This document shows positions 9,439-18,297 of a stretch of DNA of 64,000 nt, piece after piece. Every line of letters starts with the position of its first letter. Position 1 is the stretch's first letter. The notes beneath the pieces are model-generated. The model did not search any database and was not told the origin of the DNA. It worked only from the letters and a program-made list of their open reading frames with translations. Position numbers and translations under genes: made by a program. The stretch is from Armatimonadota bacterium (GTDB lineage: Bacteria > Armatimonadota > HRBIN16), in contig OY781964.1 in NCBI GenBank assembly GCA_963677485.1, positions 4,000,001 through 4,064,000 on the forward strand. The letters are read 5' to 3'.

Positions 9439-9591
9439 GTGTCTGTCCTCTATACATAGACGGGGACAAGCCAACCGCATCTGTGGGGGTGGTTGCCGAG
9501 ATGGTGCGTTTGGGCGGGGAGACGCTGCCCAAAGGTTGCAGCTTTGCGCGGGGATGAAACTGACGCGTCATAGACGACAGTTTACCAATAA

Positions 9592-9597
9592 ATTATA
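9592..9597 (-). promoter_or_regulatory. putative extended -10 (TGt-TATAAT) for amt paralogue 2
   Basis: Minus strand catgtTATAATttatt ~150 nt upstream of the GTG. Confidence 0.5.
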
Positions 9598-9693
9598 ACA
9601 TGTCAGGGTTGATGCAGAAGAATCCATTATCATCATGCATGACAGATCGGCCGAATCGGACCGACAGACAGATATGGCCAGTCGAGGAACTGC

Positions 9694-10566
9694 CTACAGG
9701 CTGCGCTGCAGTGTGCGCAGTGGCAGGTAGTTGATCAGCTTGATATTGTTACGACGCATAATATTGCCAATCTCAGGATCGGTGGAGAAAAGCCGGAATT
9801 CGGTGGAACGGTCGCGCCAGCTCCCGGTAATGGCTTGAATCTCGTCAGTGGGCACCGCAGGGTGAATGTAGAGTTCCGTCACGCCTGGTTGAAGGGAATT
9901 CAACATGCGGCGCCAGTAGACCTCAATATTTTCGCCGTTCGCACGCTCACCATGTATGAGGTAGTCAGTAAACACAAGCCCCATGTCAGCCGCCTGTTTC
10001 CGAATATCGTTCATGCCGAATTTGTCAAGCAATGACTGGCTGGGCATTCTCAACGGCACATTCAGCTCTTTGGCTATCTGCATATGAGCTTGCCATAGCG
10101 GCAGACTGTAGCACAGGGCGCCCATATGGCTGTCCACGTGGCTTATATCGATGCCGTTGCTAAGTGCTCTGGCAACCTGCGCTTTTGCTTCGGCCAAAGC
10201 GGCTGTTGTTGTGGCGTTCGCCATGAAGGTCATCACATCACTGAATAGATACCCTTTGGGGTCGATCAGGCTCTTGAACTCATCGCCAACTCCCACTGGT
10301 CCCCACCGGTAACTGCCCCATTCGCTGGTGTGCGTCAGATGAACGCCGAAGGAGGCTTGTGTGGAGCGTCGTGCGAAATCAGCCATCTCGGAGAACCATG
10401 GGCAGGGGGCCATCAGCGTGGTGCTGGTCACACGGCCTTGTTCGATGCACCGCTTGACCGCCACATTCGCAGCGTGACACATTCCTGCGTCATCGGCGTT
10501 GACGATCAGAAGCTTGGTGGCGGGGGCATAACCTAGTTTTACATTCAGTGCGCGTGTGTCTATCAT
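9694..10566 (-). CDS. ChbG/YdjC-family carbohydrate deacetylase
   Basis: LIVNADDAG, GVHLTHTSEW, SHVDSHMG, TELYIHP. Start trimmed to ATG 10566 because the longer ORF overlaps miaA and TATAAT sits 7 nt upstream. Confidence 0.85.
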   Translation of the reverse strand: MIDTRALNVKLGYAPATKLLIVNADDAGMCHAANVAVKRCIEQGRVTSTTLMAPCPWFSEMADFARRSTQASFGVHLTHTSEWGSYRWGPVGVGDEFKSLIDPKGYLFSDVMTFMANATTTAALAEAKAQVARALSNGIDISHVDSHMGALCYSLPLWQAHMQIAKELNVPLRMPSQSLLDKFGMNDIRKQAADMGLVFTDYLIHGERANGENIEVYWRRMLNSLQPGVTELYIHPAVPTDEIQAITGSWRDRSTEFRLFSTDPEIGNIMRRNNIKLINYLPLRTLQRSL

Positions 10567-10672
10567 GTTTAGAATTATAGCATAAACAAGGCATTGAATA
10601 GCACTGTCACGAACGGGTAACATGATATCGTGGCTGAATATATAACTGCAACTCAGATCGTGTGCTTCAAGC

Positions 10673-11617
10673 ATGGGTAAATTGCAGGCTATCGCAGTTG
10701 TGGGACCAACATCATCTGGTAAGACGGCACTGTCTGTGCGGCTGGCTGAGCTGCTGCACGGCGAAGTGTTGTCCGCAGACTGCATGGCAGCTTACAAAGG
10801 TTTTGATATAGGCACGGCGAAGCCTTCACCAGATGAGCTGGCTCGCGCTCAGTTTCATTTGATTGATGTCGTGGAGCCTGAGGAGCCGTTCAATGTGGCT
10901 CTTTTTCAGAAGCTTGCGCGTGAGGCCGTCCGACAGGTTCAGCAGCGGGGGCATCTGCCGATCATTGCCGGTGGTACTGGGTTATACCTGCGTGCATTAT
11001 TGCACGGCTTTTCACTACCGCCCGCAGCTGGCAATGCCGAGATGCGGCAGAAGCTGCTGCAGCGGGCCGCTGATGGTGAGACCGAGCAGATGCATCTGGA
11101 GCTCCAGCAGCTTGATGCTGATGCAGCGGCCAAAATCCATCGGAATGATGTGATCCGTCTCACGAGGGCGCTAGAGGTGATCTTGACCACAGGTCAGCCT
11201 TTTTCGCAGCTTCAAAAGGCGGAGGCGCCAGAGGAGCTGCTCCATGTAGCTGTTTTCGGACTGACCATGCCAAGGGAGCTGCTGGCAGAACGCATTGAAC
11301 TGCGATGCCGCTTGATGCTGGAGGCTGGCTGGTTAGACGAGGTCAGGCGCTTATTGGATGCAGGTGTGCCGGTCAGTTCTCCCGCCATGCGCTCGTTGGG
11401 CTACCGGGAGTTGGCGGCTGTGGTGATGGGGGAGTTGAGCCTGGAAGAGGCAGTGCCGGAGATCACAAAGCAGACACGACAGTATGCGAAGAGACAGATG
11501 ACCTGGTTCCGTAAAGAACCGGGTGTACAGTGGCTAGATGCCACTCAGCCGCTGGAAAACATACTGAACGAAGTGATGACGCATATAGATACTAATGACA
11601 GGGAGACAGCAAGATGA
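10673..11617 (+). CDS. miaA: tRNA dimethylallyltransferase
   Basis: GPTSSGKT, DIGTAKP, GGTGLY, LGYRE, TRQYAKRQMTWF. Confidence 0.96.
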   Translation: MGKLQAIAVVGPTSSGKTALSVRLAELLHGEVLSADCMAAYKGFDIGTAKPSPDELARAQFHLIDVVEPEEPFNVALFQKLAREAVRQVQQRGHLPIIAGGTGLYLRALLHGFSLPPAAGNAEMRQKLLQRAADGETEQMHLELQQLDADAAAKIHRNDVIRLTRALEVILTTGQPFSQLQKAEAPEELLHVAVFGLTMPRELLAERIELRCRLMLEAGWLDEVRRLLDAGVPVSSPAMRSLGYRELAAVVMGELSLEEAVPEITKQTRQYAKRQMTWFRKEPGVQWLDATQPLENILNEVMTHIDTNDRETAR

Positions 11618-11904
11618 GCCAGAAATCACAGATGAATGTGCAAGACATGTTTCTGAATCAGGCCCGTAAAGACTGTATTCCGGTAACTATTCAGCTACTG
11701 AGCGGAGCCTTATTGAAGGGTGTTATCAAAGGGTTTGACTTTTACTCGATATTACTTCAGACCCAGGGTAAGCCGACAACGCTGGTATATAAACACGCCG
11801 TGGCGATAATCGTACCGTGTCAGGAGCTCATGTTGTTTAACAACACCATGTCCGCCATGGAAAGCAACCCTCTGGAAGCATCCGTTACATCTGAGTGTTC
11901 ATAA
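11614..11904 (+). CDS. hfq: RNA chaperone Hfq (divergent)
   Basis: NVQDMFLN, KGFD, LVYKHA; overlaps the miaA stop (ATGA), the classic miaA-hfq synteny. Confidence 0.88.
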   Translation: MSQKSQMNVQDMFLNQARKDCIPVTIQLLSGALLKGVIKGFDFYSILLQTQGKPTTLVYKHAVAIIVPCQELMLFNNTMSAMESNPLEASVTSECS

Positions 11905-11931
11905 CAACAAAGGAGATTTTCTTTACTCATC

Positions 11932-12771
11932 ATGCAATTTACTAAAATGCACGGCATAGGCAATGACTTTGTCGTGATAGAGTGCCTGAAGCACACATAC
12001 AGCGAAGAGGAACTGCCTCAACTGAGCAGAACTCTTTGCGATCGCCGGTTTGGTGTGGGAGGTGATGGACTAATCCTGGTGCTGCCCAGCAAACAGGGGC
12101 ATGTGATGATGCGTATGTTCAATCCAGACGGCTCCGAGGCGGAGATGTGCGGCAACGGCATCCGCTGCTTCGCAAAATACATCTACGACCGCCAGATCGT
12201 GCCGGAAACCAGCATCAACGTGGAGACAATGGCTGGAATGAAGCCGCTGAAGTTGACGCTCAAGAGCGGCAAAGTCAGTGAAGTATGTGTGGACATGGGC
12301 TGTCCTGAGCTGACGCCTGAGTTGATTCCTGTGAAGACCACCGATGCTGGACCGGTGATTGGCCTGCAGCTAAAGGTGGCGGGGCGTCGTGTTGATGTCA
12401 CATGCGTCAGCATGGGAAATCCTCACGCTGTGGCTTTCGCGGACGATGTGGATTCCGTTCCATTGGAGAAGCTGGGTCCGCTGATCGAAACGCACAAAAT
12501 CTTTCCTAAAAAGACCAATGTACACTTCGTCCAGGTGATCAGCCCCAACGAGATAAAAATGCGAACTTGGGAGCGCGGAGCAGGGATCACCCTGGCTTGC
12601 GGCACGGGGGCTTGCAGTTGCGCAGTGGCGAGTCACCTCAATAAGCTCACAGGACGCAGCGTGCTGATCCATCTACCTGGCGGAGACCTTCAGGTGGAGT
12701 GGACAGGTAATAATCGTGTTCTGATGACTGGTCCTGCAGAGGAAGTATTTACCGGCGAAATGTCGTTATAG
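11932..12771 (+). CDS. dapF: diaminopimelate epimerase
   Basis: FTKMHGIGNDF, EMCGNGIRC, SMGNPH, WERGAGITLACGTGA. Confidence 0.97.
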   Translation: MQFTKMHGIGNDFVVIECLKHTYSEEELPQLSRTLCDRRFGVGGDGLILVLPSKQGHVMMRMFNPDGSEAEMCGNGIRCFAKYIYDRQIVPETSINVETMAGMKPLKLTLKSGKVSEVCVDMGCPELTPELIPVKTTDAGPVIGLQLKVAGRRVDVTCVSMGNPHAVAFADDVDSVPLEKLGPLIETHKIFPKKTNVHFVQVISPNEIKMRTWERGAGITLACGTGACSCAVASHLNKLTGRSVLIHLPGGDLQVEWTGNNRVLMTGPAEEVFTGEMSL

Positions 12772-12866
12772 ATATAATATATCTATAACATGACCAAATA
12801 TGGAAATGAAGGCGCACCTTCTGGTGCGCCTCATTCAACTGTATACAACAAGGAGAGAGAGCACCA

Positions 12867-14039
12867 ATGCCCACGAGAGCAGCGAGACTAGACAAAGCAC
12901 CGCCCTATCTATTTGGTGAGATCGCAAAGAAAAAAGCCAAAGCGATAGCTGAGGGTGTAGATTTAATCGACTTTGGCATTGGTGATCCTGACCAGCCGAC
13001 CCCGCAGCCTATTATCGATCAGCTTGCAGTGTTCGCGAATGATCCCGCCACGCACTGTTATGATGAGACACCTCAAGGCGAGCCTGCGTTGATGAATGCC
13101 GTCGCAGAGTGGTATCAGACCAACTACGGTGTGGACATCGATCCCAAGTCTGAAAGCTTGCTGCTGATCGGTAGTAAAGAGGGGCTGGCACACCTGGCTT
13201 GGGCCTACATCGAAGAGGGCGACCTCTCGCTGGTTCCTGACCCGGCCTACACCGTCTATGAGATCAATACTCGTATGGCTGGCGGCGAAGTCTACAAGAT
13301 GCCGCTGCTGAAGGAAAATGGGTTCCTACCTGATCTAGACTCCATTCCGGATCACATCGCTCGGAAAGCTAAACTGCTGTGGTTGAATTACCCCAACAAT
13401 CCCACGGCAGCGGTGGCCACGATCGAGTTCTACGAAAAGGCGGTCGCTTTCGCCAAGAAATATGATCTGCTGATCGTCAATGATGCGGCTTACAGTATGG
13501 TGACATACGGAGACTACAAGCACCCGAGCCTGCTGCAGGTAGAGGGCGGCAAGGATGTCTGTCTGGAGTTCAACTCCTTGTCCAAAATGTTCAACATGAC
13601 AGGATGGCGTGTCGGGTTCGCTGCGGGCAATAAAGAGGCCGTGGCTAACCTGAACAAAATGAAGGGCTTCATCGACAGTAAGCAGTTTGCGGCACTCTCC
13701 CGAACCGCCGCCTACGCGCTGCTTCATGGTGACAACAGCCGAAGTCTGAAGTTGATTTCTAAGCGTTTGGATATTCTGTGCAGCGGACTGCGTGAAATTG
13801 GCTGGGATGTGCCCACACCAAAGGCTACTTTCTATGTATGGGTGCCTACGCCTAACGGCTTAAGCAGCATGGAGTTCGCAGGCGCACTGCTTGAAAAAGC
13901 GGGCATTTTGGCGATTCCTGGTATCGGGTATGGACCACACGGCGATGGCTACTGCCGGTTCAGCGTCACAGTGAATGGTGATGTGGACGGTGAGCGAGTA
14001 GTCGAAGCTGTGCAGAGGATCAAAAAACATTTCGCCTAA
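12867..14039 (+). CDS. dapL: LL-diaminopimelate aminotransferase (class I/II PLP enzyme)
   Basis: PPYLF, LIGSKEG, NYPNNPT, DAAY, SLSKMFNMTGWRVG; directly after dapF. Confidence 0.82.
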   Translation: MPTRAARLDKAPPYLFGEIAKKKAKAIAEGVDLIDFGIGDPDQPTPQPIIDQLAVFANDPATHCYDETPQGEPALMNAVAEWYQTNYGVDIDPKSESLLLIGSKEGLAHLAWAYIEEGDLSLVPDPAYTVYEINTRMAGGEVYKMPLLKENGFLPDLDSIPDHIARKAKLLWLNYPNNPTAAVATIEFYEKAVAFAKKYDLLIVNDAAYSMVTYGDYKHPSLLQVEGGKDVCLEFNSLSKMFNMTGWRVGFAAGNKEAVANLNKMKGFIDSKQFAALSRTAAYALLHGDNSRSLKLISKRLDILCSGLREIGWDVPTPKATFYVWVPTPNGLSSMEFAGALLEKAGILAIPGIGYGPHGDGYCRFSVTVNGDVDGERVVEAVQRIKKHFA

Positions 14040-14075
14040 TGGCGGTTAAGCCGGTATCAGGCACTCTAGCAAGTT

Positions 14076-14124
14076 GGGGATCAAGGGTGGCGTGTGATCA
14101 CGCCTCCTTGATCCCCTTGTTTTT
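14076..14124 (+). terminator. intrinsic terminator after dapL
   Basis: ggggatcaagg...ccttgatcccc stem followed by ttgttttt. Confidence 0.7.
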
Positions 14125-14138
14125 CAAAAGGAGCATTT

Positions 14139-15443
14139 ATGCAGGAACCTATATCTGGAAAGAACCAAACATCCGAAGTGGAATCCGTCGAGAAGGTGTT
14201 CCTGGTGTTCATCAACGAAGATGAGTCGGATGATAAATACGTAGAAGACGAGTTGGAGTCACTGGTGCAGACCGCTGGCGGAGAGGTGGTCGGGTATGAC
14301 CGACAACGTCGCAAGGGGCATCCTGAGGTCGCGACTTATCTGGGTAAAGGGAAGGTCGAAGAGATCACACCCATGATCCAGGACTGTGCTGCCGACCTCG
14401 TGATTATCGATGGCGAACTCAGCGCCATCCAACAGCGTAACCTGGGAACAGCATGGAAGGTGCGGGTCATCGACCGCACCCAGTTGATCCTGGATATCTT
14501 CTCACAGCGGGCGCATACCCGTGAGGGCAAACTGCAGGTGCAACTGGCCAGGTTAACATACATGATGCCTCGCCTCATGTCGGTCTATACCAAGTTTGAG
14601 CAGCAGCAGGGTGGCATCGGCATCCGTGGTGGTGCTGGTGAAACGAAGCTGGAAGCCGACCGCAGAGTCACGCGGGAACGCATCGCTTTACTCAAAGATG
14701 AGCTGGACGAGGTCAAAAAGCAACGACTGGCACAACGGGTTGAGCGAAGGAAGCTTCCATACCCAGTCGGTTCGCTGGTAGGTTATACCAGTGCCGGTAA
14801 ATCCACGTTGTTGAACACTCTCACTGGGTCGGATGTATTTGCAGATGCGAAATTGTTCGCCACGCTAGATCCCACCATCCGCAAGTTTGACTTCCCTGAC
14901 GGCTTCGGTGTGATGCTGGCGGACACCGTCGGGTTTATCCGCAAACTGCCCCACAGCTTAGTGGCCGCTTTCCGTGCGACGCTGGAAGAGGTGACCGAGG
15001 CGGATTTCTTGCTGCATGTGATTGATGTCAGCCATCCTGAATATGAACTGCAGCGAGACGCTGTTCTTGAGGTGCTTGATGAACTGGGAGTTAAAAACAA
15101 GCCCATCATCAATGTGTATAATAAGTCCGACTTGGTCGTAGACCAGTATGAACTTCGCCATATGGTGGCCAGCGAAGAACGAGCGGTCTATATCAGTGCT
15201 AAGACCGGGGAGGGCTTGCCGGAGTTAGTGGCCACGATGGAACGGCTGACTCGGGAGCTTCTGAACCATGTCGAGCTGATTTTACCGTATGGTGAGAGCG
15301 GTCTGCTAGCGATGGCGTATGATCGCGGCCGCGTCTACAGTGCAGACTATGAAGAAGCCGGGATCGCTGTGGTGGCTGATGTGACTGCCGACCTGGCCGG
15401 ACGGATGCGCCAGGTGGCCGTCCAAGCTGGTGAGCCTGCTTAA
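14139..15443 (+). CDS. hflX: GTPase HflX
   Basis: DRTQLILDIF, GETKLE, VGYTSAGKSTL, LFATLDPT, DTVGFI, NKSD. Confidence 0.96.
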   Translation: MQEPISGKNQTSEVESVEKVFLVFINEDESDDKYVEDELESLVQTAGGEVVGYDRQRRKGHPEVATYLGKGKVEEITPMIQDCAADLVIIDGELSAIQQRNLGTAWKVRVIDRTQLILDIFSQRAHTREGKLQVQLARLTYMMPRLMSVYTKFEQQQGGIGIRGGAGETKLEADRRVTRERIALLKDELDEVKKQRLAQRVERRKLPYPVGSLVGYTSAGKSTLLNTLTGSDVFADAKLFATLDPTIRKFDFPDGFGVMLADTVGFIRKLPHSLVAAFRATLEEVTEADFLLHVIDVSHPEYELQRDAVLEVLDELGVKNKPIINVYNKSDLVVDQYELRHMVASEERAVYISAKTGEGLPELVATMERLTRELLNHVELILPYGESGLLAMAYDRGRVYSADYEEAGIAVVADVTADLAGRMRQVAVQAGEPA

Positions 15444-16483
15444 TGCTGCGATGGGAGATGATATCCGAGAACTGGTTATCGTGGTTACGCGATGACTGGC
15501 TGCGGCTGCAAGTGGCCTGCCCGTACGCTTCGGTGTTTCAAACCTACCAGTGGCACAAGTGCTGGTGGGAGCATCTTGGTAACGGCAGCCCTGAGATATG
15601 GGTTGCCTTCGACGGTGATCGGGCGGTGGGCATCGCGCCTTTAGTTCGTCGGGCCGGGCAGCTTTTATGGATGGCCACAGGGCCGAGTGATCGGCCTGGG
15701 GCGGTGGCTGAGGCTGCTTACTGGCCCGAATTCGCCGATGGCCTCCTTGGCAAGCTGCGTGGCAACGTGGATTTACAACAATGCTTGTCTGATCAGCCGG
15801 TGGCTGTGGCGGCGGATCAAGCTGGCTGGCACCATGCACTGCAGGAGGTGTGTCCGTATGTACCGCTGCCTGCAAGCTGGGAGAGCTTTACCCAGCGGCT
15901 GGGCAAAAAGACACGCTTCAACATCGGGTATGCCCAGCGCCAGATGCTGAAGGCTGATCCCCAGATGCAGATGTCCATAGCCGATACTGAGAACCTAGAT
16001 GAGGCGATGAATGCCTTGTTTGAGCTCCATACACAGCGCTGGCGAAAACGCGGTCTTCCTGGTGGATTCTACAACGCGAAGCTGCGCGGGTTTCACATGG
16101 AGTGGGCTCGGACTGCTCTGGCTGAGGGCTGGCTAAGGCTTCATACCTTAAGATTTCAGGGCGACATCAAAGCTGTTCTGTATGTGTTTCACCTCGGTAG
16201 CAGAGCGTATTACTATCTTGGCGGATTTGATCTGGAGCTGAGTAAGTATTCAATGGGCACAGTTTTGACAGGCAAAGCCATCGAGCTGGCCATATCGGAG
16301 GGTCTAGAGGTGTTTGATTTTCTGCGCGGTGGGGAGAGTTATAAATACCGATGGAAGCCGGAAACCGCGCATCATCACCGCATCGCGAACGCAGCTCCCT
16401 TGATGCGTCCACTCCACTTTGCCAGGATCACTGCAGAATGTCGTATCTGGCAGTGGCTGGCCCCAAAACTGCATGGAGGTTAG
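15443..16483 (+). CDS. GNAT-family (CelD/BcsL-like) acetyltransferase
   Basis: FQTYQW..WW, GIAPL, LFELHTQRW, YYLGGFD, FDFLRGGESYKYRW. Confidence 0.8.
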   Translation: MLRWEMISENWLSWLRDDWLRLQVACPYASVFQTYQWHKCWWEHLGNGSPEIWVAFDGDRAVGIAPLVRRAGQLLWMATGPSDRPGAVAEAAYWPEFADGLLGKLRGNVDLQQCLSDQPVAVAADQAGWHHALQEVCPYVPLPASWESFTQRLGKKTRFNIGYAQRQMLKADPQMQMSIADTENLDEAMNALFELHTQRWRKRGLPGGFYNAKLRGFHMEWARTALAEGWLRLHTLRFQGDIKAVLYVFHLGSRAYYYLGGFDLELSKYSMGTVLTGKAIELAISEGLEVFDFLRGGESYKYRWKPETAHHHRIANAAPLMRPLHFARITAECRIWQWLAPKLHGG

Positions 16484-16485
16484 GT

Positions 16486-16761
16486 ATGTACAAATTTATA
16501 GTTCTGGTGATCTCAATCGCGGTTCTTTACTTGTGCTACACAACGAATGTTCAAGTGAAGTCACTCAGCATTGATGTGGCAAAGCTTCAGAGAGAGGTTC
16601 AGACATTGAAGGTGAGAGCGGGCGTTGAGAAGACAGCACCTGCTGCGGGTGGTATCACACTCGATTCCCTCACCAAACAAGGTATAAGTAAGTTGAAGGA
16701 CGCTGAAAAGACCATCAACGGGTTGCGAGACCAGCTTAACCGGTTGACCGGCCATCAGTAA
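16486..16761 (+). CDS. small hypothetical membrane-anchored coiled-coil protein
   Basis: ATG 2 nt after the upstream stop with GGAGG; N-terminal hydrophobic helix followed by heptad-like segments. Confidence 0.6.
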   Translation: MYKFIVLVISIAVLYLCYTTNVQVKSLSIDVAKLQREVQTLKVRAGVEKTAPAAGGITLDSLTKQGISKLKDAEKTINGLRDQLNRLTGHQ

Positions 16762-16775
16762 TAAGAGGACATCGC

Positions 16776-17531
16776 ATGAAAACCGTGACTAAAATGATAC
16801 TCACCGCTGTGGTGATAGCGACCGCTTCCGTGGCTATGACGGGATGCAAGAATGTGAACATGTATACCGCTAAAGATGAGGTGCAGATGGGTAAGGAAGC
16901 TGCACAAGCTATTGAAAAGAAAGATGTAAAACTGAGCACCAATAGTGCTGATAACCACCTGATTCAAACCATCGGTAAGCGGCTAGTATCAGCCGTGAGG
17001 TCGGTTGAGGGCAGCAGTGCGGATGTGTATGATTTCACATTCAAAGTGGTCGAAGACAAGGATGTGAATGCATTCAGTCTGCCGGGTGGGCCGGTGTATG
17101 TGAATTCAGGACTGATCCGCCTGGCGGCTGGCGATGCAGATATGATCGCTTCCGTGATGGGTCATGAGATGGCGCATGTTACGAGGCGCCATGCTGCCAA
17201 ACAACTGAGTTCTGGAAAGCTGATGGGTGCTGTGGTTGCCGTTGGCCTAGGGAGCAGCAAGAGCGGAATTGGTGATGTGGCCAGCATTGCCAGTGGGATG
17301 ACTATGCTGAAATACTCTCGTGATGACGAGTACCAGGCCGATGAGTATGGGCTGAAGTATCTGTATAAGGCCGGCTATCGTCCCGAGGCAGCCTTGGATT
17401 TCTTTACTCGCATGGAGAGTGCGCAAGGTAAAGACCACCCAGGTTTCATGGTTAACCTTCGTTCCCACCCCGTGACCGGGGCACGTATCGACAGGCTGCG
17501 AAAGCAGATTGCGCTGCTGCCTGCCCGGTAG
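16776..17531 (+). CDS. M48-family zinc metalloprotease lipoprotein
   Basis: Lipobox AMTGC; VNAFSLPGG, GHEMAH (HExxH), YSRDDEYQAD, SHP. Confidence 0.9.
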   Translation: MKTVTKMILTAVVIATASVAMTGCKNVNMYTAKDEVQMGKEAAQAIEKKDVKLSTNSADNHLIQTIGKRLVSAVRSVEGSSADVYDFTFKVVEDKDVNAFSLPGGPVYVNSGLIRLAAGDADMIASVMGHEMAHVTRRHAAKQLSSGKLMGAVVAVGLGSSKSGIGDVASIASGMTMLKYSRDDEYQADEYGLKYLYKAGYRPEAALDFFTRMESAQGKDHPGFMVNLRSHPVTGARIDRLRKQIALLPAR

Positions 17532-17583
17532 AAAACAGCGTCGGTAAAACCAAACAAACGCCAATCAGGCCTTAAGTATAGAT

Positions 17584-18141
17584 TTACTTAAGGCCTGTGT
17601 GTTCGAGTAATATGTTGATGCCGATTGCGATGAGGATGGTGCCGCCAAGTACACCCACATGCGCTTCTGCAAATCGGCCCAACTTCCTGCCGAATATCAC
17701 GCCCAGCACAGAGATGATGAATGTGATGCAGCCGATCAACACACAGGCGACCAACAGCGGCATCTGCTTGATCATTGTGGGCAGAGCAAACCCGGCAGCC
17801 ATGGCGTCGATGCTTGTCGCGACGCCCAGTGTCAGCAGAGTCTTCAGGGGCATGTTGGCATCAATCTTCTGGTCATCGTCGTGGGAACTGACGCTGTCTT
17901 TGATCATTTTTCCGCCCATGATCGCGAGAAGGATGAATGCGATCCAGTGATCTATCCCGCCGATCACCTTTTGAAACGGCAGAAACACCAATCCACCGAG
18001 TGCAGGCATTGCCGCCTGGAATCCTCCAAAGCAGCCCCCTACGCGAAGCGCGGGCCGAGTGCCAAGGTGAGTGCTGTTAAGACCGCATGAGACGGACACC
18101 GCCAACGCATCCATGCTCAGTGCCACACCCGTCAGTGCCAC
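17584..18141 (-). CDS. mntP: manganese efflux pump MntP family (true start uncertain, may extend to ~18168)
   Basis: ALSMDALAVS, FGGFQAAMP, DHWIAFILL, ATSIDAMAAG, GGTILIAIG. Confidence 0.88.
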   Translation of the reverse strand: MALTGVALSMDALAVSVSCGLNSTHLGTRPALRVGGCFGGFQAAMPALGGLVFLPFQKVIGGIDHWIAFILLAIMGGKMIKDSVSSHDDDQKIDANMPLKTLLTLGVATSIDAMAAGFALPTMIKQMPLLVACVLIGCITFIISVLGVIFGRKLGRFAEAHVGVLGGTILIAIGINILLEHTGLK

Positions 18142-18297
18142 GATGATAATGTCCGAGAGTATCTCTACGGTCTTGCCCTCCGAAAGCTGAGCTTGAAGCC
18201 TGCCCTCTTATATTCTGCGGGGAACCACACAGTATATGCAACCCACTAAAGTCAGTGTGGTATCGGTCATGAAAGGCGGTATGCATATGCAGGCTGA

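Noticed and set aside
9530-9550. ANTAR-type hexaloop (gc-AAAGCT-gc) in the amt leader
   Set aside because: Only a 2-bp stem, no second hairpin, and not conserved in the other amt leader.
10567-10785. N-terminal extensions given by the ORF track (ChbG-like to 10785; also FAD oxidoreductase to 30137, GH127 from 59710, folB from 26968, amt to 9480)
   Set aside because: They overlap miaA, the tRNA, repeats or leaders. Better starts with an SD or -10 box lie downstream.
18160-18297. Possible yybP-ykoY Mn riboswitch upstream of mntP
   Set aside because: Only a GGCAAGACC 3'-like fragment is present. The 5' GGGGAGUAG strand and the conserved loop could not be found. An Rfam cmscan would settle it.
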